Part shown: positions 1 to 13,107 of the stretch, piece after piece
Position numbering within the stretch: position 1 is the first letter of the stretch
How the letters are laid out: each line of letters opens with the position of its first letter
Source of the DNA: Lama guanicoe
Lineage: Eukaryota
Direction of reading: 5' to 3'
Length of the DNA: 64,000 bases
NCBI GenBank assembly: GCA_013239625.1
Contig: MU053594.1
Span: forward strand, 2,236,127 to 2,300,126
Program-made: the position numbers and the translations under genes
Notes under the pieces: generated by a model
Database searches by the model: none
Told to the model about the DNA's origin: nothing
The model's input: only the letters and a program-made list of their open reading frames with translations

Positions 1-2200
1 TGTCTTTGAGTGGGGCCTGGGGCAGAAAAGGGCTCTGAAGCAGTTCTAGGCTGTGGTGTAAGCAGATTTGCCCCTTGGGCCACATAATCCAGCAGACCCT
101 ATTATTAGAGGTATCAGTGGTGAGAGTAATAATGCCACATAGAATGAGCGCAAGCCCCAGTGGCAGAATCACAACTCAGACCCTTAGGATTGCATGGGAA
201 GGCCATATTATCTGTAGCTGAGACAAAAATCACCTTTTGCCAAGCAAACCCTGGCTTGCTGCTAGGCAAGGAGCACCAAGAGACCATGCAATCCAACTTG
301 CTCATCGTGACTGAGATACCGGAAGACACACCTCGTCAGAAAAATTGGGCAGGCCTGGAATCGATCCATTATAAAACAGGACCGAAGTGCACAGCATGAG
401 CACTAGGACAGACGGCCAGGACATCTCCCGCTGTGGAACAGGGCCTGTCTCCCAGCTTACTCCTGGAAGGGAGTCCGTCATGACTAGCTCACAGACTCAG
501 TCTAAGCTTGGTTCATGGGTGAGTCGGCCACGCATCAGGGTGCAACTCCAAATGGGCAGCAGCTACACCACAGCCCCGCTCGGAGGTGGCCTTGAAAGAT
601 CAAGTGGCAAGGAGACGTCCTCCCGATGGCCAGAGCTTAGCTGGTGCCCCTAGCTAGCCACCTTATATGAAAAGAGAAGTAATTGGAGGTTAGAATATAT
701 AAAAACTCAGGGGTAAGGCAAAGAGCTTGGCCAACTGATCAGGAGTCTAAGAGGAGAAAGGGTGGAAGACTGGGGACAAGGTGTTCTTGGATAGAGTGAT
801 GTGCGTAAACATACAGGAGGAGGCATCAAATATGCAAATCTCTATGGTAAAGACAACCAAGAGGTATCTAGCATGGAAGAGGCACTAAACAACCCAGGAG
901 ACAGAGTGACTCAGCCAGCTGATGTCAGCCAGCCTGTTACCAGCCGCCCCAGTGCTGGTGTGACGGATACATACTGGAGTAGCTGTGGTAGCAGGGATGG
1001 AGGCTATGCATAGGCTCAGCAGTATCCGTTCCCCATCACCAAGGCTGATCCAGCTACTGCCCAGCATCCAACCTGCCAGGAACAGAGGCCAGACTAGCAT
1101 TGGGTGGCAAGTTGACTACATTGGACTCCTTCCATCCTGAGAGGGGCAATGATTCATGTTGATAGGAAGAGGCACACAATCTGGATATGGGTTTGCCTTT
1201 CCTGCCTCAGGGTCTTGGCACCACCATCTAAATACTTACACAGTATTTGATCTAACAGCACAGCATCCCATATAACACCTCATCAGACAAAGAGACATGC
1301 TTTATAGCAAAGGAGATGGGGGAGTAGACAGGGAGTTTACTAGTTGTATCACACGTTTGGCCATCCTGAAGCTGCCAGTCTGACAGAGTGATGGATGAGC
1401 TTGTTGAAAACACAGCTGAAGTACTACCTTAGAGGCAATATTTTGTCAAGATGGAGCACCATCCTCCAAGATGCAGTGCACACTTTGAATCAATGACCTA
1501 TGTATCATCCTGTGTCCCCGTAAGTATGCTGGGGTTTAGGAACCAAGGGGGTGGAAGCCCTGCTCACCATCACTTGGGGAATTTGTGCTTCTTGTCTCTG
1601 CAATGTTGAGCTCTGTGGGTTTAGGGGTCCTGGTACCCAAAGAGGGCATCCTTCCACCAGAAGATCCAGCAAGAGTCTTACTGAACTATGAGCTTTGGCT
1701 GCCACTTGGGGACCTGGGATATTTGTGTCCAGGGACCCGCAGGCAAGGAGTCATGATCTTTACAGGAGGTACTGACCCTCCTCATGACGAGAAGGCATCT
1801 CTGCTATTACACATTATAGGCAGGAAGAAATATGTTTGGCACCCAGGTTATCTACTTGGGTACCTGTCGGTACTCACATGCCTAATTTTGGTGGTAAATG
1901 GAAAAGTGCAACCACTCCAGCCCGAGAAGTACCAGCTGACTAGGGCCTCAGGGATGAGGGTCTGGGTCTCGCCACAGGTAAGCAAGCCATTGAGGCTCCC
2001 TGAGCAGAGGGTGAGGGGGAATGTAGACTGAATAGAGGAGGAGGGAGGTCAGTAGGTATCACTCATCTGGGACCAGCTGCAGTGATGGGGAGTGTGGCTC
2101 CTCCTACTAACCTTCCTTTTTAGAGTTTCTCCCAGAAGAGAGGCCCATGAGGCTCTTGGAGGAGATACTGCCGGAACTTAGATGAAGGGGTGGATCTGAT
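1..2200 (+). mobile_element. Degraded ERVL (class III ERV) internal pol region: RNase H/integrase/dUTPase remnants, antisense within a LAYN intron
   Basis: About 1105-1207 translates to WQVDYIGLLPS*EGQ*FMLIGRGTQSGYGFAFPA, the ERVL integrase core (WQVDYIGPLP...YSGYGFAFPA) with stops. ORF 1585-2031 (LNYELWLPLGDLG...GVMIFTGGTDP...LLLH) resembles the ERVL dUTPase region. Confidence 0.8.
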
Positions 2201-3045
2201 TAGCATAAGCGTAACGTGGACTTGGATAGATACTGACATGCTGTCTTAAATGTATGTTCTAATCTTCATTCTTTTGATTGAAAAGGGGTTTAAACTACCC
2301 CCCCCATATTATTGTTTACAAATTAGATTTTCTATTTTGTGAACTGTTGTTTGGGGCCCTTGCCTCTTTATCTTTTGGGGTTTTATTGACTTCCATAAAC
2401 ATCTAGTGCTTTATTGACTTTTTAATAAAGTCTTCATTGTAAAAAGATAGTAATTCTGTTAACTTTGCTACATTTTCCCAGTCTTATATCTGCCTTTTAC
2501 TTTGGATATGTTTGGACATTTTTCCATGTCACTGCAATTTCTTAAGAAGAAACGATGGCCATGCCACAGTGCTGGGGGTGGGTGTGTGACGTGAGTCCAG
2601 TGCGGTGGGTTTGGAAGGGCCCTGTCAACTGCAGGCTTCCTTAAATCCCCTCTTGGCCAATGCAGAGAATTAGATCTTGGCTCTAATTTCTTGCCTGTCA
2701 TTCCTTGTTGTCTGGGGCCCTATCTTGAATCTTCAGCCCACAGGCCTTTAATGTCTCACTAGGGTTCTAGTCCAAACGGGCAGATAGGCAGAACCACTGG
2801 CTTCAAGCATCGTGTACCATTGAAACAATGCTTCTGGGCCACACTCTCCTGAACAGAGCTCTCAGGACATGAGTTGGGCCCCAGTTAGAGCGCATTCACC
2901 ACCTTGGCCACTTTGGTCACTGGCTATGCCAGTACTGTTGTCCCTCAGGGTTTTGCCTGCCCCACTAACCGGGCACCGTGGCTCCAGCCTGCCTCCTTTC
3001 TGAGTCATGCGCAGTGAGTTAGCCGCTGTGAGTTCACACACTTAC

Positions 3046-3343
3046 CTAAATGTTGCTGTGCTCCCATCGGTCCAAGCGTAAAGGTCCCGGCAGGCCGTGC
3101 CGTTGCCCCGTTTCTCCTCACCCCTCCTGAGCCCGATCCAGAAATCGCCATCAGATGCCAGCAGGTTTTCAATGAACTTTTCTATCAGTCTCTGTTCATC
3201 TTCAGACTCGATGCTGACGAGCTGGCCCCCATCCCTCCTGCAGGCCACTCTGGCTTCTTCAAAGTTCAGTCTTCGAGAAGCATCATGGGAATAAATGACT
3301 TTGTAACAAGGCCGCTGTGTTCCACCCCGGCACACCTGCTGCC
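3046..3343 (-). CDS. LAYN: Layilin coding exon, 298 nt, first part of the C-type lectin domain; gene continues beyond the left edge
   Basis: Translates to GQQVCRGGTQRPCYKVIYSHDASRRLNFEEARVACRRDGGQLVSIESEDEQRLIEKFIENLLASDGDFWIGLRR...LYAWTDGSTATFR. Acceptor tctctag| and donor |gtaagt; phase matches the upstream exons. Confidence 0.96.
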
Positions 3344-5638
3344 CTAGAGAAAAAAGAGGCCAACCTGTTTCAGTGCCCCCAGAAGCCTACCAGGGCCGGG
3401 CTGCTTGGAGGCACCTGAATGAAGCTACCCCCAGGCAGGAATCTGACCACTCATCAGTGGACCCTTTTAGTGTCACTTAGGCTCTCAAAGCAAATGAACA
3501 TCCCGTCGCTGCATGAGGATGCAAACTAAACTGTGTAGGAACTCCACGTTTTGTTTGTTCCATTACAGATTACTGAAAAGCAAACATTTAAAAATTAAGT
3601 TTTAAAAGGGAGGTAGATGAAGATGTATGGTTTCACTTAAAGGCACACAGATAACACTTTCATGCCATCAGGGAGCCTCAGGGGGTAGTGTGGCTTAAAG
3701 TCAGTTATCTCTGTTTGGAGGTTCCTTTAGGTAGGAGAGGCTTTCTGATGTCAAAGGTGAGCTCCTCTACATTGGAGCCCTCTGCCTTTGCAGAGGGACT
3801 GAGAATCACCCAGTCTATGGTATAAGCGGAAGCTAAGAACATCAGAGCCGTGGGGTTTTCCGCTACTGATCTCGTCTAAAGACATCAGCTAAGGTTTACT
3901 GAGCTCTCACTATGAGGCATGTCCTATGCTAAGGGCTTTTATATTTACATACGTACTTCATCCCACTGAATGCTTATAATTCCGTGATGTAGAGATCGTT
4001 TGTGCCCCATTTTACAGAATGGAAAACTGAGGCTCAGAAAAATTAAGTAGTTTTGCTAAGGTCATATAAGCTATCAGTAGCATCACCTGAGTCAGAGCCC
4101 TGATCTAATTACAAAGTTACAGCGGAACCACTGAGCCGTGCTCTCCACGCCACCCCAGGCTCACGTTGCACTGGGAGTCCCTGTCATGTGTCTCATCTGA
4201 TTGATACCTGAAGGCCTGAAAACCGTATAGGGCAAACGGATGGGATTCTACTGAGGTCGAATGACAAATCCGTTCACCACTTACCCACCACCCTAGCTTG
4301 TGTCTGGGTGCCTGAAGCCTTGCCACACCAAAAACATTAGCCTCATCGCTCCTTTGTTCAATCAGCACGTACAGCATATACTGCTCTGTGTCTGGTGTTG
4401 TGCTAGGTGCCAGGAATACAGAAACACATGCCACGTCCTTGCCCACAGGAACACACAGCATGTGTTTCTGAATCCAGATGTACAAGTGAAAACCTGATTT
4501 CAGCAAGGGGAATCCCTTGCAATGGAGAGCCAGATCGTGGGTCGGGGGTATGACCTGCTGCCAAAGAGCAAGGGATAAAGGATTTTGGTTTGGGAACCTC
4601 TTCCCAGCCATCATGGAATGTTCTCATCTTTCTAATTTGTTTTGCAACTGTGCAGGGAGCCAGATGGCGTTTGTTAGTCCCAGTACTGTCCAGAATACAG
4701 GGCAAAAGGCCACGGACAGTTAACTGCATTTTCAGTGCTAAATGGGAACAGAGCACATGCAGATAATCCAGAAAGCTCCTATGAATTCTTATTTTCTATT
4801 TCTTCTTTCATCGCTTTTGTAAAGAAATTCTCAGTGATCAACAAGTTGTAAGAGTTTTGCATCTTCTCCTCTTCTCTGTCATTTTTCTACAGTTGCTAGA
4901 GGAACTCTGACAGGATTGTTTCATCAGCAAACTAGGAGGCCTCAAAAGCAGGACATTTTCAGTAAGGTGTTCCAGAGAGACTGGGGACCACTTGTCAGCG
5001 AGGCTGTGGCTGGGATGCTGCCGCGGAGAAGGCGAGCCAGCCCCGCTTCTGTGAGTCCTTAAATGCAGAAATGAGGCAGCTGAGGGAAAATAAATGAGCC
5101 CTAGGAACTCCTAACCTGGAGCTGAATTTCCTGGCAGTCCCCTCTTTTCCATCGTTGGATTATCAAGGGAAAACATAATACCTTAAACGAATTTCCTGTA
5201 TGGCCCAGCCTGGCCACACATCCCAGGTCAGCCAGTGAGCGCCAGAGAAGGCCAGAGCTGGAAAGAGGCCGAGGGTGCATCTGGTTCCCCTGCCTTCAGG
5301 AAGTGTCTCTCTCCTCTCATTTGCAGGAAGAGGGAGGGCAGGAAGGACTTCTGTTCCCCACCACCGAGGACAGAGTCGGTGCAGTCCTCAACCCAAACAG
5401 TCGAACTCAGCTACCCTGGTCTTTGGCAGCCCTGCATCTCAGCCCATCCGGAAACCAACTTAAGATTCTTTCAATCAGCTTCGGAAGCACGGATAACAGA
5501 GTGGAGGTTTTCGTTTTCCTCCACCCTTCTTGGCCAATCTGTTGCCTGCGAAGGAAATCTGAGATAGGGGCACGGACATCCCTCCCCGACTCCGACATGC
5601 AGGACAAATGGAAGAGGCAAGAAGCCAGAGCACTGTAC

Positions 5639-5662
5639 CTCCTCTGAGGTCCAAGTCTGAGG
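5639..5662 (-). CDS. LAYN: Layilin 24-nt micro-exon (ASDLDLRG)
   Basis: ctgcag|CCTCAGACTTGGACCTCAGAGGAG|gtacag, phase 1-1. Gives GRLLS-ASDLDLRG-GQ, as in the long human isoform (recalled). Confidence 0.88.
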
Positions 5663-5829
5663 CTGCAGTGACACGACAGAAGGAAGGAAGCAGAGAGAGT
5701 CATTGCGCCGAGTCAGGCGGGGCTTGCCCCCGCTAACTAGGCTTTCTTTCCCAATCTTTAAGCGCTTTTCTTCCAGGCACTGGATCCTGCCACCCTCCCC
5801 TCCCAGAGGAGACCGGGACTAGCAGGCTG

Positions 5830-6830
5830 GGTTCCCACGGCACAGCGGATCCCGAGTCCCAACGTCTCCGGGGACAGGAGACCTCCCTCCGCGGGGGTCC
5901 CGGGGACTGCTGCGCCGCGCTCAATGGAGCGGACCGAGGGGATGTCTACGAGAGCAGTTTGCTCGCTGTCCCGCCTGCCCTAAGTCTCCCGGTATTCCGG
6001 TGACTCTGGGCCGAGAACGGACTTTCAGCGATCCAGGACACGCAGGGAACCGGCGCAGCTCTCAGCCGCCGGGCGATTGCTCCCCTGGAAGCAAGGGGCG
6101 CCGGACGGCCGAGTGCACTGGGGGGGCGGGGGTGCCGCCCCTACATCCACCCCACGTGGGGTCAGAGAAGAGGCACCGTGGCCCTGAAGCAGCGGCTAGG
6201 GTGCCGTGGGCGCACCAGACGAGCGCGCCCGGGAACCAGCCCCCGCCCCACAGCGCGCACTCACCGCTTAGCAGGCGACCGCTCGCGCCCCCGGGCCCCG
6301 TCCGCAGCGCGGCCAGCAGCGCGGCCAGCAGCGCGGCTCCCGGCCGCATGGCCCGCCTCGGGTGCGCCTTCGGACGCCTGGGCGCTTCGGCGGCGGAGCG
6401 GGCGGACCGGCAGCGGCGTGCGCGACAGCTCCAGCGGCGGCAGCAGCATCTCCCGAAGACCGACGTACCCGGCACCGGGAGGAGGCGGGAAGGGCGCGGA
6501 GCCAGCCCGCCGCCCCTCCGCCCCCGGGGACGTCACCGCGGGGAGGGCAGCCCGGCCGGCTGGCCCGCCCCCGAGCGCCTCCGTCGGCGCGCTTGGCGCC
6601 AGACGCCCGGCCCGCCCGCGGGGAGTGAGCAGAGGAGGGGAGCCAGCTCCCTGCTCCTCTCCGAGCTTCCCTGGGAGATCCTGCGCTTGCCCCGGGCGCG
6701 GGGCCGAGGGATATCCCAGTCTCGCTTCTCCGAAATCTAATGAAGACGGCACTGTGGCTGAAAACCGGACCACATCGTGGCCCCACTCCTCGGGGGCATC
6801 TTCCCAGGCTCCGCACTTGGGCCAATGGGA
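5830..6830. promoter_or_regulatory. CpG island / LAYN promoter
   Basis: Very GC- and CpG-rich around exon 1, with GC boxes, a CRE-like GACGTCA at about 6529-6535 and GCCAAT at 6821-6826. Confidence 0.8.
6265..6349 (-). CDS. LAYN: Layilin first coding exon (signal peptide MRPGAALLAALLAALRTGPGGASGRLLS)
   Basis: ATG in GCCATG context, hydrophobic signal peptide, 85 coding nt, donor G|gtgagt. Confidence 0.93.
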
Positions 6831-8275
6831 GAGGCAAGCTCTGAGACCTGCCTGGGGCTCGGTAGGCTGCAGTCCAGGCACTCAGGGCTACAACTGAGAA
6901 AGGAATCGTGGGGGAGAAGAGATGCTCAAGCAGGCAGTGTGCCCACTGGTCAGGCAAGTTACGGGACAGAGTGGAGCGCGTCCAGAGGAGACAAAGTTAG
7001 TTTTGGCCGAGAGGAAAATAACTCTACCAGAAACCACAGGGTGTCCTGCCCAGCAAGGAAAAAATACTGCTTTTTGCAGGGCACATGGGTGGGGTGATTG
7101 TCCAGCCTCGGACTTATGCTAGAAAGGAGATGACCCGCTCCCCTCCCCCCGGGAAAGAATGACCCCATTTCCTCTGGAAAAGCTTTCCTCACCACCCTAG
7201 CCCCCAATGTGTGCTCCTTCTAACTCCTACCATAGGCCTTTTTTTTTTATTTGTTTAACATTTGCTTCTTGTAGTAAGCAAAATATTTTCCAATATAAAT
7301 AAAAGTGAGCCTCCTGTCGAAAAACTAAAGTACTGAGTGCTGGAGTGTGGGTCTGATTTCTTCGCCTTTTCTCCAGCACCACGCTCTTGTGAAGCGGGGC
7401 AGAAGCCCCATCTAGGCCACTGTCTTCTGAGTTTTGGTCTCAGACTGAGCCACTGCAATTTTAGACAAATGGGCCTGAGGCTCTGATAGCCTGCTATGTC
7501 CATCTTCGCGACAGGGAGCTAGCTGTCTGGCAGACAAACGCATCATCTCAACAGGGTAACTTTTATTCCTGATAATGCCGAGCTTGCCAGTTTGTAACTT
7601 TCTAACTTCCCCTTCTCTCAGCCTGATTACCTACCTTCTGTTTAAAACATTTTTCTCAATAGTGTTGTGGCAGAAATGCTAATATCCACTCTCCACTTCT
7701 TGTTGTAACAGAGTCCTTGAATTCAGTGACTCTTTAGAATTCCATTAAAGACTATTTCCCAGCCTCCCTTGCAATTTGGTGTGTCCCTAATGACTAAGTT
7801 CTGACCAATGGGTGACCCACTCCTCTGCTGGCCCTGTGGATGGGAGCTGCATCTTATAGAGGTTGTGTCCAGGGGTTGCAGGCAGAGGCTAGGAGCAAAG
7901 TGCATGGTGGTCCTAAACAGGGCTACAAGCACTGATGCGGCGTGTACAGCTCTGCAATTCGACAACGCAGAGGGGACAGACTCTCAACCTCCTCTTTTCC
8001 AGTGTATACCAAAGGGAATGACCTTTGAAAGCGAGGGAGGTTGGCCGTGGGATTACATGCATGTGTATAAAGACATAAGAATGTTAAGCCAGCTAGTCAC
8101 AGAACTAAAAGCAATTCATTTCTGGCTTCAGACATGTTCCAGAAACTGAATAAACCAAATTTTGGAAAATGGACTTTCTTTTTACAGCAAGAAGACAGAG
8201 TTTTCAGGACTGACCTTTCTTTAATCTCTATTTCCTTATTGTTTTTACTATTTCTTATTTTTCTGATATATTTTT

Positions 8276-8431
8276 AAATAAACATTTATTAAATTTTTGG
8301 GGGGCTTTGAGGTATGTATGTATGTATGTATGTATGTATGTATGTATGGGGCTGGAGGGACTGGGGATTGAACCGAGGACCCTGTGCATGCTAAGCATGC
8401 CTTCTGCCACTGAGCTATCCCCTCCTCCCCT
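8276..8431 (-). mobile_element. tRNA-derived SINE (camelid Vic-1-like) with an internal (TATG)n microsatellite at about 8312-8348
   Basis: Reverse complement GGGGAGGAGGGGATAGCTCAGTGGCAGAAGGCATGCTTAGCATGCACAGGGTCCTCGGTTCAATCCCCAG has tRNA-type A and B boxes; AT-rich tail. Confidence 0.8.
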
Positions 8432-8627
8432 GATATTTATAATATAGATCAAATATTAGCAATTCTGGAAATACCCTTCAAATGAAAACAAGATTAAATA
8501 GGAGTTTGAGAAGGTATAAGATAAGAAAGATGATTACTGTGTAGTATCAAATACAGTAGTAAAATAATTAAAGTAGACACAAGTATTCAATAACTGGTAA
8601 AATTCCTAAAGTGTTGCATATTTAACT

Positions 8628-8633
8628 TTTATT
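8628..8633 (-). terminator. Candidate HOATZ polyadenylation signal AATAAA
   Basis: TTTATT on the plus strand, about 110 nt past the HOATZ stop codon. Confidence 0.55.
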
Positions 8634-8740
8634 TCTTTGTCTAATTGAACTGATTCCAATGATCCTGATGTAAGAGCAGGATTCACTTATTTCAGAACTG
8701 AAGATCTGAGTGAGCCATCCTCTCCCATGTGTCAATCAAA

Positions 8741-8798
8741 TTAGGCCAACGCTTTCACTTCTTCTTGGTCTTTTTTATCTGACTCTGAAATCACTTTC
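8741..8798 (-). CDS. HOATZ: HOATZ exon 6, last coding exon (KVISESDKKDQEEVKALA*)
   Basis: Acceptor ccaacag|, TAA at 8741-8743; matches the recalled C11orf88 C-terminus KVVSESDKEDQEEVKTLD. Confidence 0.92.
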
Positions 8799-10983
8799 CT
8801 GTTGGCAGTAACATGAATCAGTTCTGATGCACAGAACTCTGTAGTTGTGAACACAATGTAGTATGAAAAACAACTTTTGAAAATTTCTCCAATAAAGATC
8901 TCTTGGATTCTGATGATTCATTAGATTTTACAACCAAGTATAAACTTGTAGGTGGAAGGAGTGGTCATTCCACCGTGAAGTGTGACTTGAAGGGCATGAA
9001 AGCAGATCTCCTAAACTTAAATGTAATTTGCTCACCCCAAGAGTCAAACTGAGATTTCATCATCGGTCATAGATTTCTTTGGATTACCCACTGTTCCTTC
9101 TAGTCAGCCCACTTTTAAATTGCAAATATTCCTGGGTGGATTAAAAAAAAACCCATATTGCTACTAAAACTTTACTGTGTACACACTTTTTAGTTCTTTC
9201 TTTGTGACAGAAGAGGACATGGATTATCCTAGGGCCTGTTGAAGGAGTGATGGTAAGGGCGTATCTGTTTATGTGGGGGGTTTGGGTAGACAGGAAAGGA
9301 TGGAAGGGGGAAAAAAGAGGGCAAAATTAAAGTGAAATTGTGTCTAAGATATTTCAAACATTTAAAAAATGTTTATAAATTAATATGCAGTATAGAAACA
9401 CCACTTTCTAAATTAGCTAATACTGAATGACATGACTTTTTTTAGCTAAAATATGTGTGTAACAAAATATGCACACTACCTACATGAAATATTTGTAACA
9501 AAAAATTTTTTTTTGGGTGACCCAATTTCTCATGAAGTTTACACTACAGTCATAGACAAGTAAAAAGTATGTGAAAAGTTAAATAACAACTTAAGAGATA
9601 ATAAGAGTTGAATAATGATAAAATATGGGCACAAAGCAGTGCATGACCGATTGCCAAAAGAAGGGTGCAGGCAGTAATTGCATAAGAAGCTTGGAGGAAG
9701 AAGATGTCACAGTGAAATGGAATGAAATCCAAGGTTTCGGGACAGAGGAGGGAGGGCAGGCTGACATATAACAGGAATTCGGTAAGCACTTAAATTATTA
9801 AGGGAATTGTCTGTTCAAGCTGTGAAATACTGTTGAACTCTTAGGTGGATCCACATGGGTAGTAACAGGACTGTTCTGATCATTCCTATAAAAATGTGCA
9901 CGGAAATCTAAGGTACCAGACAGATCTATTGATACTATCCAATCAGCAGTCTTCATTCTGTGAATCAGATAAGTGAATCTTTTGACTGGACTAGTTTTAC
10001 CCCATCCTTAGAAGCTAAGTCAAATTATCTATCTGAAAAGCAAAAAATCAAGTTGCTGAGCATTGTATAGACAATGCAGTCAGGTGATTAATCTTTCCTT
10101 TTATTTAAAGAAGTTTTTAAAATTAGTGTAGACATTCATTTTTCTTTAATAACATTTGATAACATTTAAGAGAGTCAATCTCAATACCAATGAGGTTAAT
10201 AATAAAAATTGTAAATGTGTGTATGTATATGCATGACTGGGACACTGTGATGTACACTAGAAATTGACACATTGTAACTGACTACTTGAATAAAAAAATG
10301 GAGGAAAAAAAAGAATAAAAATTCTATTACTTTTTGTCTTTCCCTGAATGTAGTATACAAATAAATATTTGTCAAATTAATGTTGAGTTAGCCACAGTGG
10401 TTTTCAGTCATAATACAAAAATGGAGACATTTTAAATTAGGGGTTCTTTAATGGTGAACCGGTGACAGCCAGTTTCCTTTAAACTCTTCTGGACCATGTG
10501 CCTGGTCTTGCTCTAACATTATTCCAGGGATAAAGCTACTAACCCATCACTGTGAGTCTAAAGCCTTGCTAAATGAATGTAGATTTAGCATCCTTACACA
10601 TGCCTTTGGTGGTACCAGAGTTGATAATCTAGAAGACTGCTGATTTGCTAAAGATGGGCAGGCTAGGTGTGGATCAGGGAGAGGCGAGCTGAGAGGGTAT
10701 GATGGCAGGTGAATACAATTACCCATGATGGGACAGGAGGGGAAGAGAATGTGTACAGAGACTCAAGTTTGACCTCTTCTCCTGTTTGCACCAACTTATG
10801 CTTGCATATTGCACAGACAGGTAAACGGGCACACAAGCTTTAACGCAGATGAGCGCAAGAAAGGTTTCTCAAAGCAACAAATCTCTAAGGCAATGAGTGG
10901 GGTTTTAAATTTGAAGGTAGGGGACAAACAGCAAGGAAAAAGAAGCACTTCCTTACAGGGAGACTAGAAAGAAGGAAACTTAC

Positions 10984-11036
10984 TTTGCTTTGTGCACCTT
11001 GGCCTTTGGTTTATAAGGAAGGGAAACCAGTTCTTT
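10984..11036 (-). CDS. HOATZ: HOATZ exon 5 (KELVSLPYKPKAKVHKAK), 53 nt
   Basis: T-tract taag| acceptor and |gtaagt donor; phase 0 to 2 fits the neighbouring exons. Confidence 0.93.
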
Positions 11037-11633
11037 CTTAAAAAAAAAAACAAAACACAACAAAAATCAAAAGGGATAATTTTTACTTCTTGCCCTGACT
11101 GAAATTCACTCACTTGCAAATTAATCTGAGGTAAAATTATCACAGAGTTTGTAATAAGTAGCTTCTTAAATCGGGAGACTGTGAGCTCAGAAATGGTCCG
11201 GATTAGAGCATTTGGGGTTCATTCCGGAGAGTGTGTTTGTACATCCATAAGTTTATGGGGTGCTCTTGCTTTTATTGTTTGTTCCTCTTCATTTAGCGTT
11301 TGTTTTCGTATGATCTAAGCAAGATCAATCATGGTAAAATAAATACTAGCCCTGAAGCATGGGCTCATGGTAATATCCTACAGCTTTACAACATTTGACA
11401 ATAAGCCAAAGACAACGGCACCTCATTTCTATTTCGGCAGCGCTGCACACTCTGGAGGTAGCTTTGGTTTATCAATCACTGCCAGATTATCTGATGTCTA
11501 TGCCCTGCTCCACCTCCAGCATAGAGAAGGCTCTGGACCATGGATATCTAGATTTAGGGGTTAAGCTATAAAACCTCTGAGAATTTGCCGTAGTTCAAAC
11601 AGATTCATCTGAATGCCTCCCTATCAGTCTCAC

Positions 11634-11693
11634 CGAGATCCTTTCTTCTCTTTGTTTTCTTAAGAGTTGGATAATCTCATCTCTCTTTATAGC
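11634..11693 (-). CDS. HOATZ: HOATZ exon 4 (AIKRDEIIQLLRKQREERIS), 60 nt
   Basis: ccacag| acceptor and |gtgaga donor; conserved QLLRKQREERIS motif. Confidence 0.93.
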
Positions 11694-12666
11694 CTGTGGA
11701 AAGGGAGGAAAAAAAAAAGTGGGTGAGTCTTTTGGCTCAAAAATCAAGATTTCTCTCTATGGAGGGTAGAAATTTTTTCATTTTCCATTCTGTATTTGGG
11801 GCAGAATTAAAATTTTCCATTTTAATAAAAATATTAGCTATGAACCATGAACCAGCTGAACGACGCTAAGAAATTTGTATACCTTTTATCATTATTTTCT
11901 TATAACACAGAAGTTTGACACCACTATCATCCTGTTTTACAGCTGAGGAATACGAAAAGTACTAAGGTTAAAAACTTACCCAAGCTTTCAAGTGGCAGAA
12001 CTGGATTTATTTCTTTTTCTTTTTCTTTTAAAAAATTTTAAAAATTTTATTTATATTAAAAATTGAAAACATATATTTTACAGAACTGGATTTGATGCCA
12101 GCCCTATTTAACAACAAAGCCCAAGCTATTGGCCACCAAATCGCCTAATTTTAACTAAAATTATATGGTAGCAAGACACAGAATCAGCCAGCTCAAATAG
12201 CACGCCACCACCTACGTCCACAGCAAGAGGGCTCTTCTAAGTAGCTTGCTTACAGAACAGAGCCTCACACTCTCGGGGCTCCTCTGTCTTAGATATTGAG
12301 ACAGGTAAATTTTCTTAAGAGTGAAAGAAATCAATTTAGTGTCGGCATGAAGATTTATCACGATATATAGACTGTATAAAAAGAGGCAAGCACAGGTCCA
12401 AATTTTTTTTTCATAGAATCTCATTATGTTCAGTTTTAGAGATAGCCAGGCAGAAAGTTGCACATCGAGTAGTTGAGAAAAACGTGAGAATCTGACAAAC
12501 CAAACTTGCATCTTCATAGGGCCAAATAAAATGAATGAAACACTGTTTAGATTGAGGCTGGAAGCAAAATACAACTGAGAATGGACATAGATTTGTCTGA
12601 GTGAGGTAAAAATTCTAAGCCATCCGTCCATCCATTCAATTTTTATTGATTTTATTGAGCACCACT

Positions 12667-13107
12667 ATGTTCTTAGAGCTGCAGTAATAAAGTATCATAA
12701 ACTGGGTGGCTTAAAACGACATGTTTATTGTCGCACAGTTCTGGAGGCTAGAAATCAAAATCAAGGTGCCAGCCGGGCCAGACTCCCTCTGAAATCTGTA
12801 GAGGAATCATTCCTTTCCTGTCCTAGCTTCTGGTGGTTTGCTGGCAGTCTGTGACATTCCTTGGCGTGCAGCTGTGTAACACCATTCTCTGCTTTCGTTG
12901 TCACATTGCTTTTTCCCTGTGTATTTCTGTCTTCACATAGCTGTCATGTTGGATTAGGGGCCCACCCTACTCTAGTAATTAACTTCTTAACTAATTTTTT
13001 TCTACAATGGTTCTATTTCCAAGTGAGGTTACATTTCGGGGCACTGGGGCTAGGACTTTAACATGTCTTGTTTTTTTTTCTTTTGTGGGACACATTTCAA
13101 TCCATAA
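12667..13107 (-). mobile_element. MLT1-type (ERVL-MaLR) solo LTR
   Basis: Typical MLT1 motifs: GGGTGGCTTAAAAC...CACAGTTCTGGAGGCTAGAA...ATCAAGGTG, and GGATTAGGGGCCCACCCTA. Confidence 0.75.

Noticed and set aside
4117..4614. 165-aa minus-strand ORF in a LAYN intron
   Set aside because: Overlaps MIR/L2-like remnants; no similarity to layilin or any domain I recognise.
6000..6957. Several long overlapping ORFs (206-246 aa) on both strands
   Set aside because: Artefact of stop-codon scarcity in the LAYN CpG island; only 6265-6349 is supported as coding.
8348..8431. tRNA-like sequence
   Set aside because: tRNA-derived SINE head with a tail and sibling copies at about 44.7 and 45.8 kb; not a tRNA gene.
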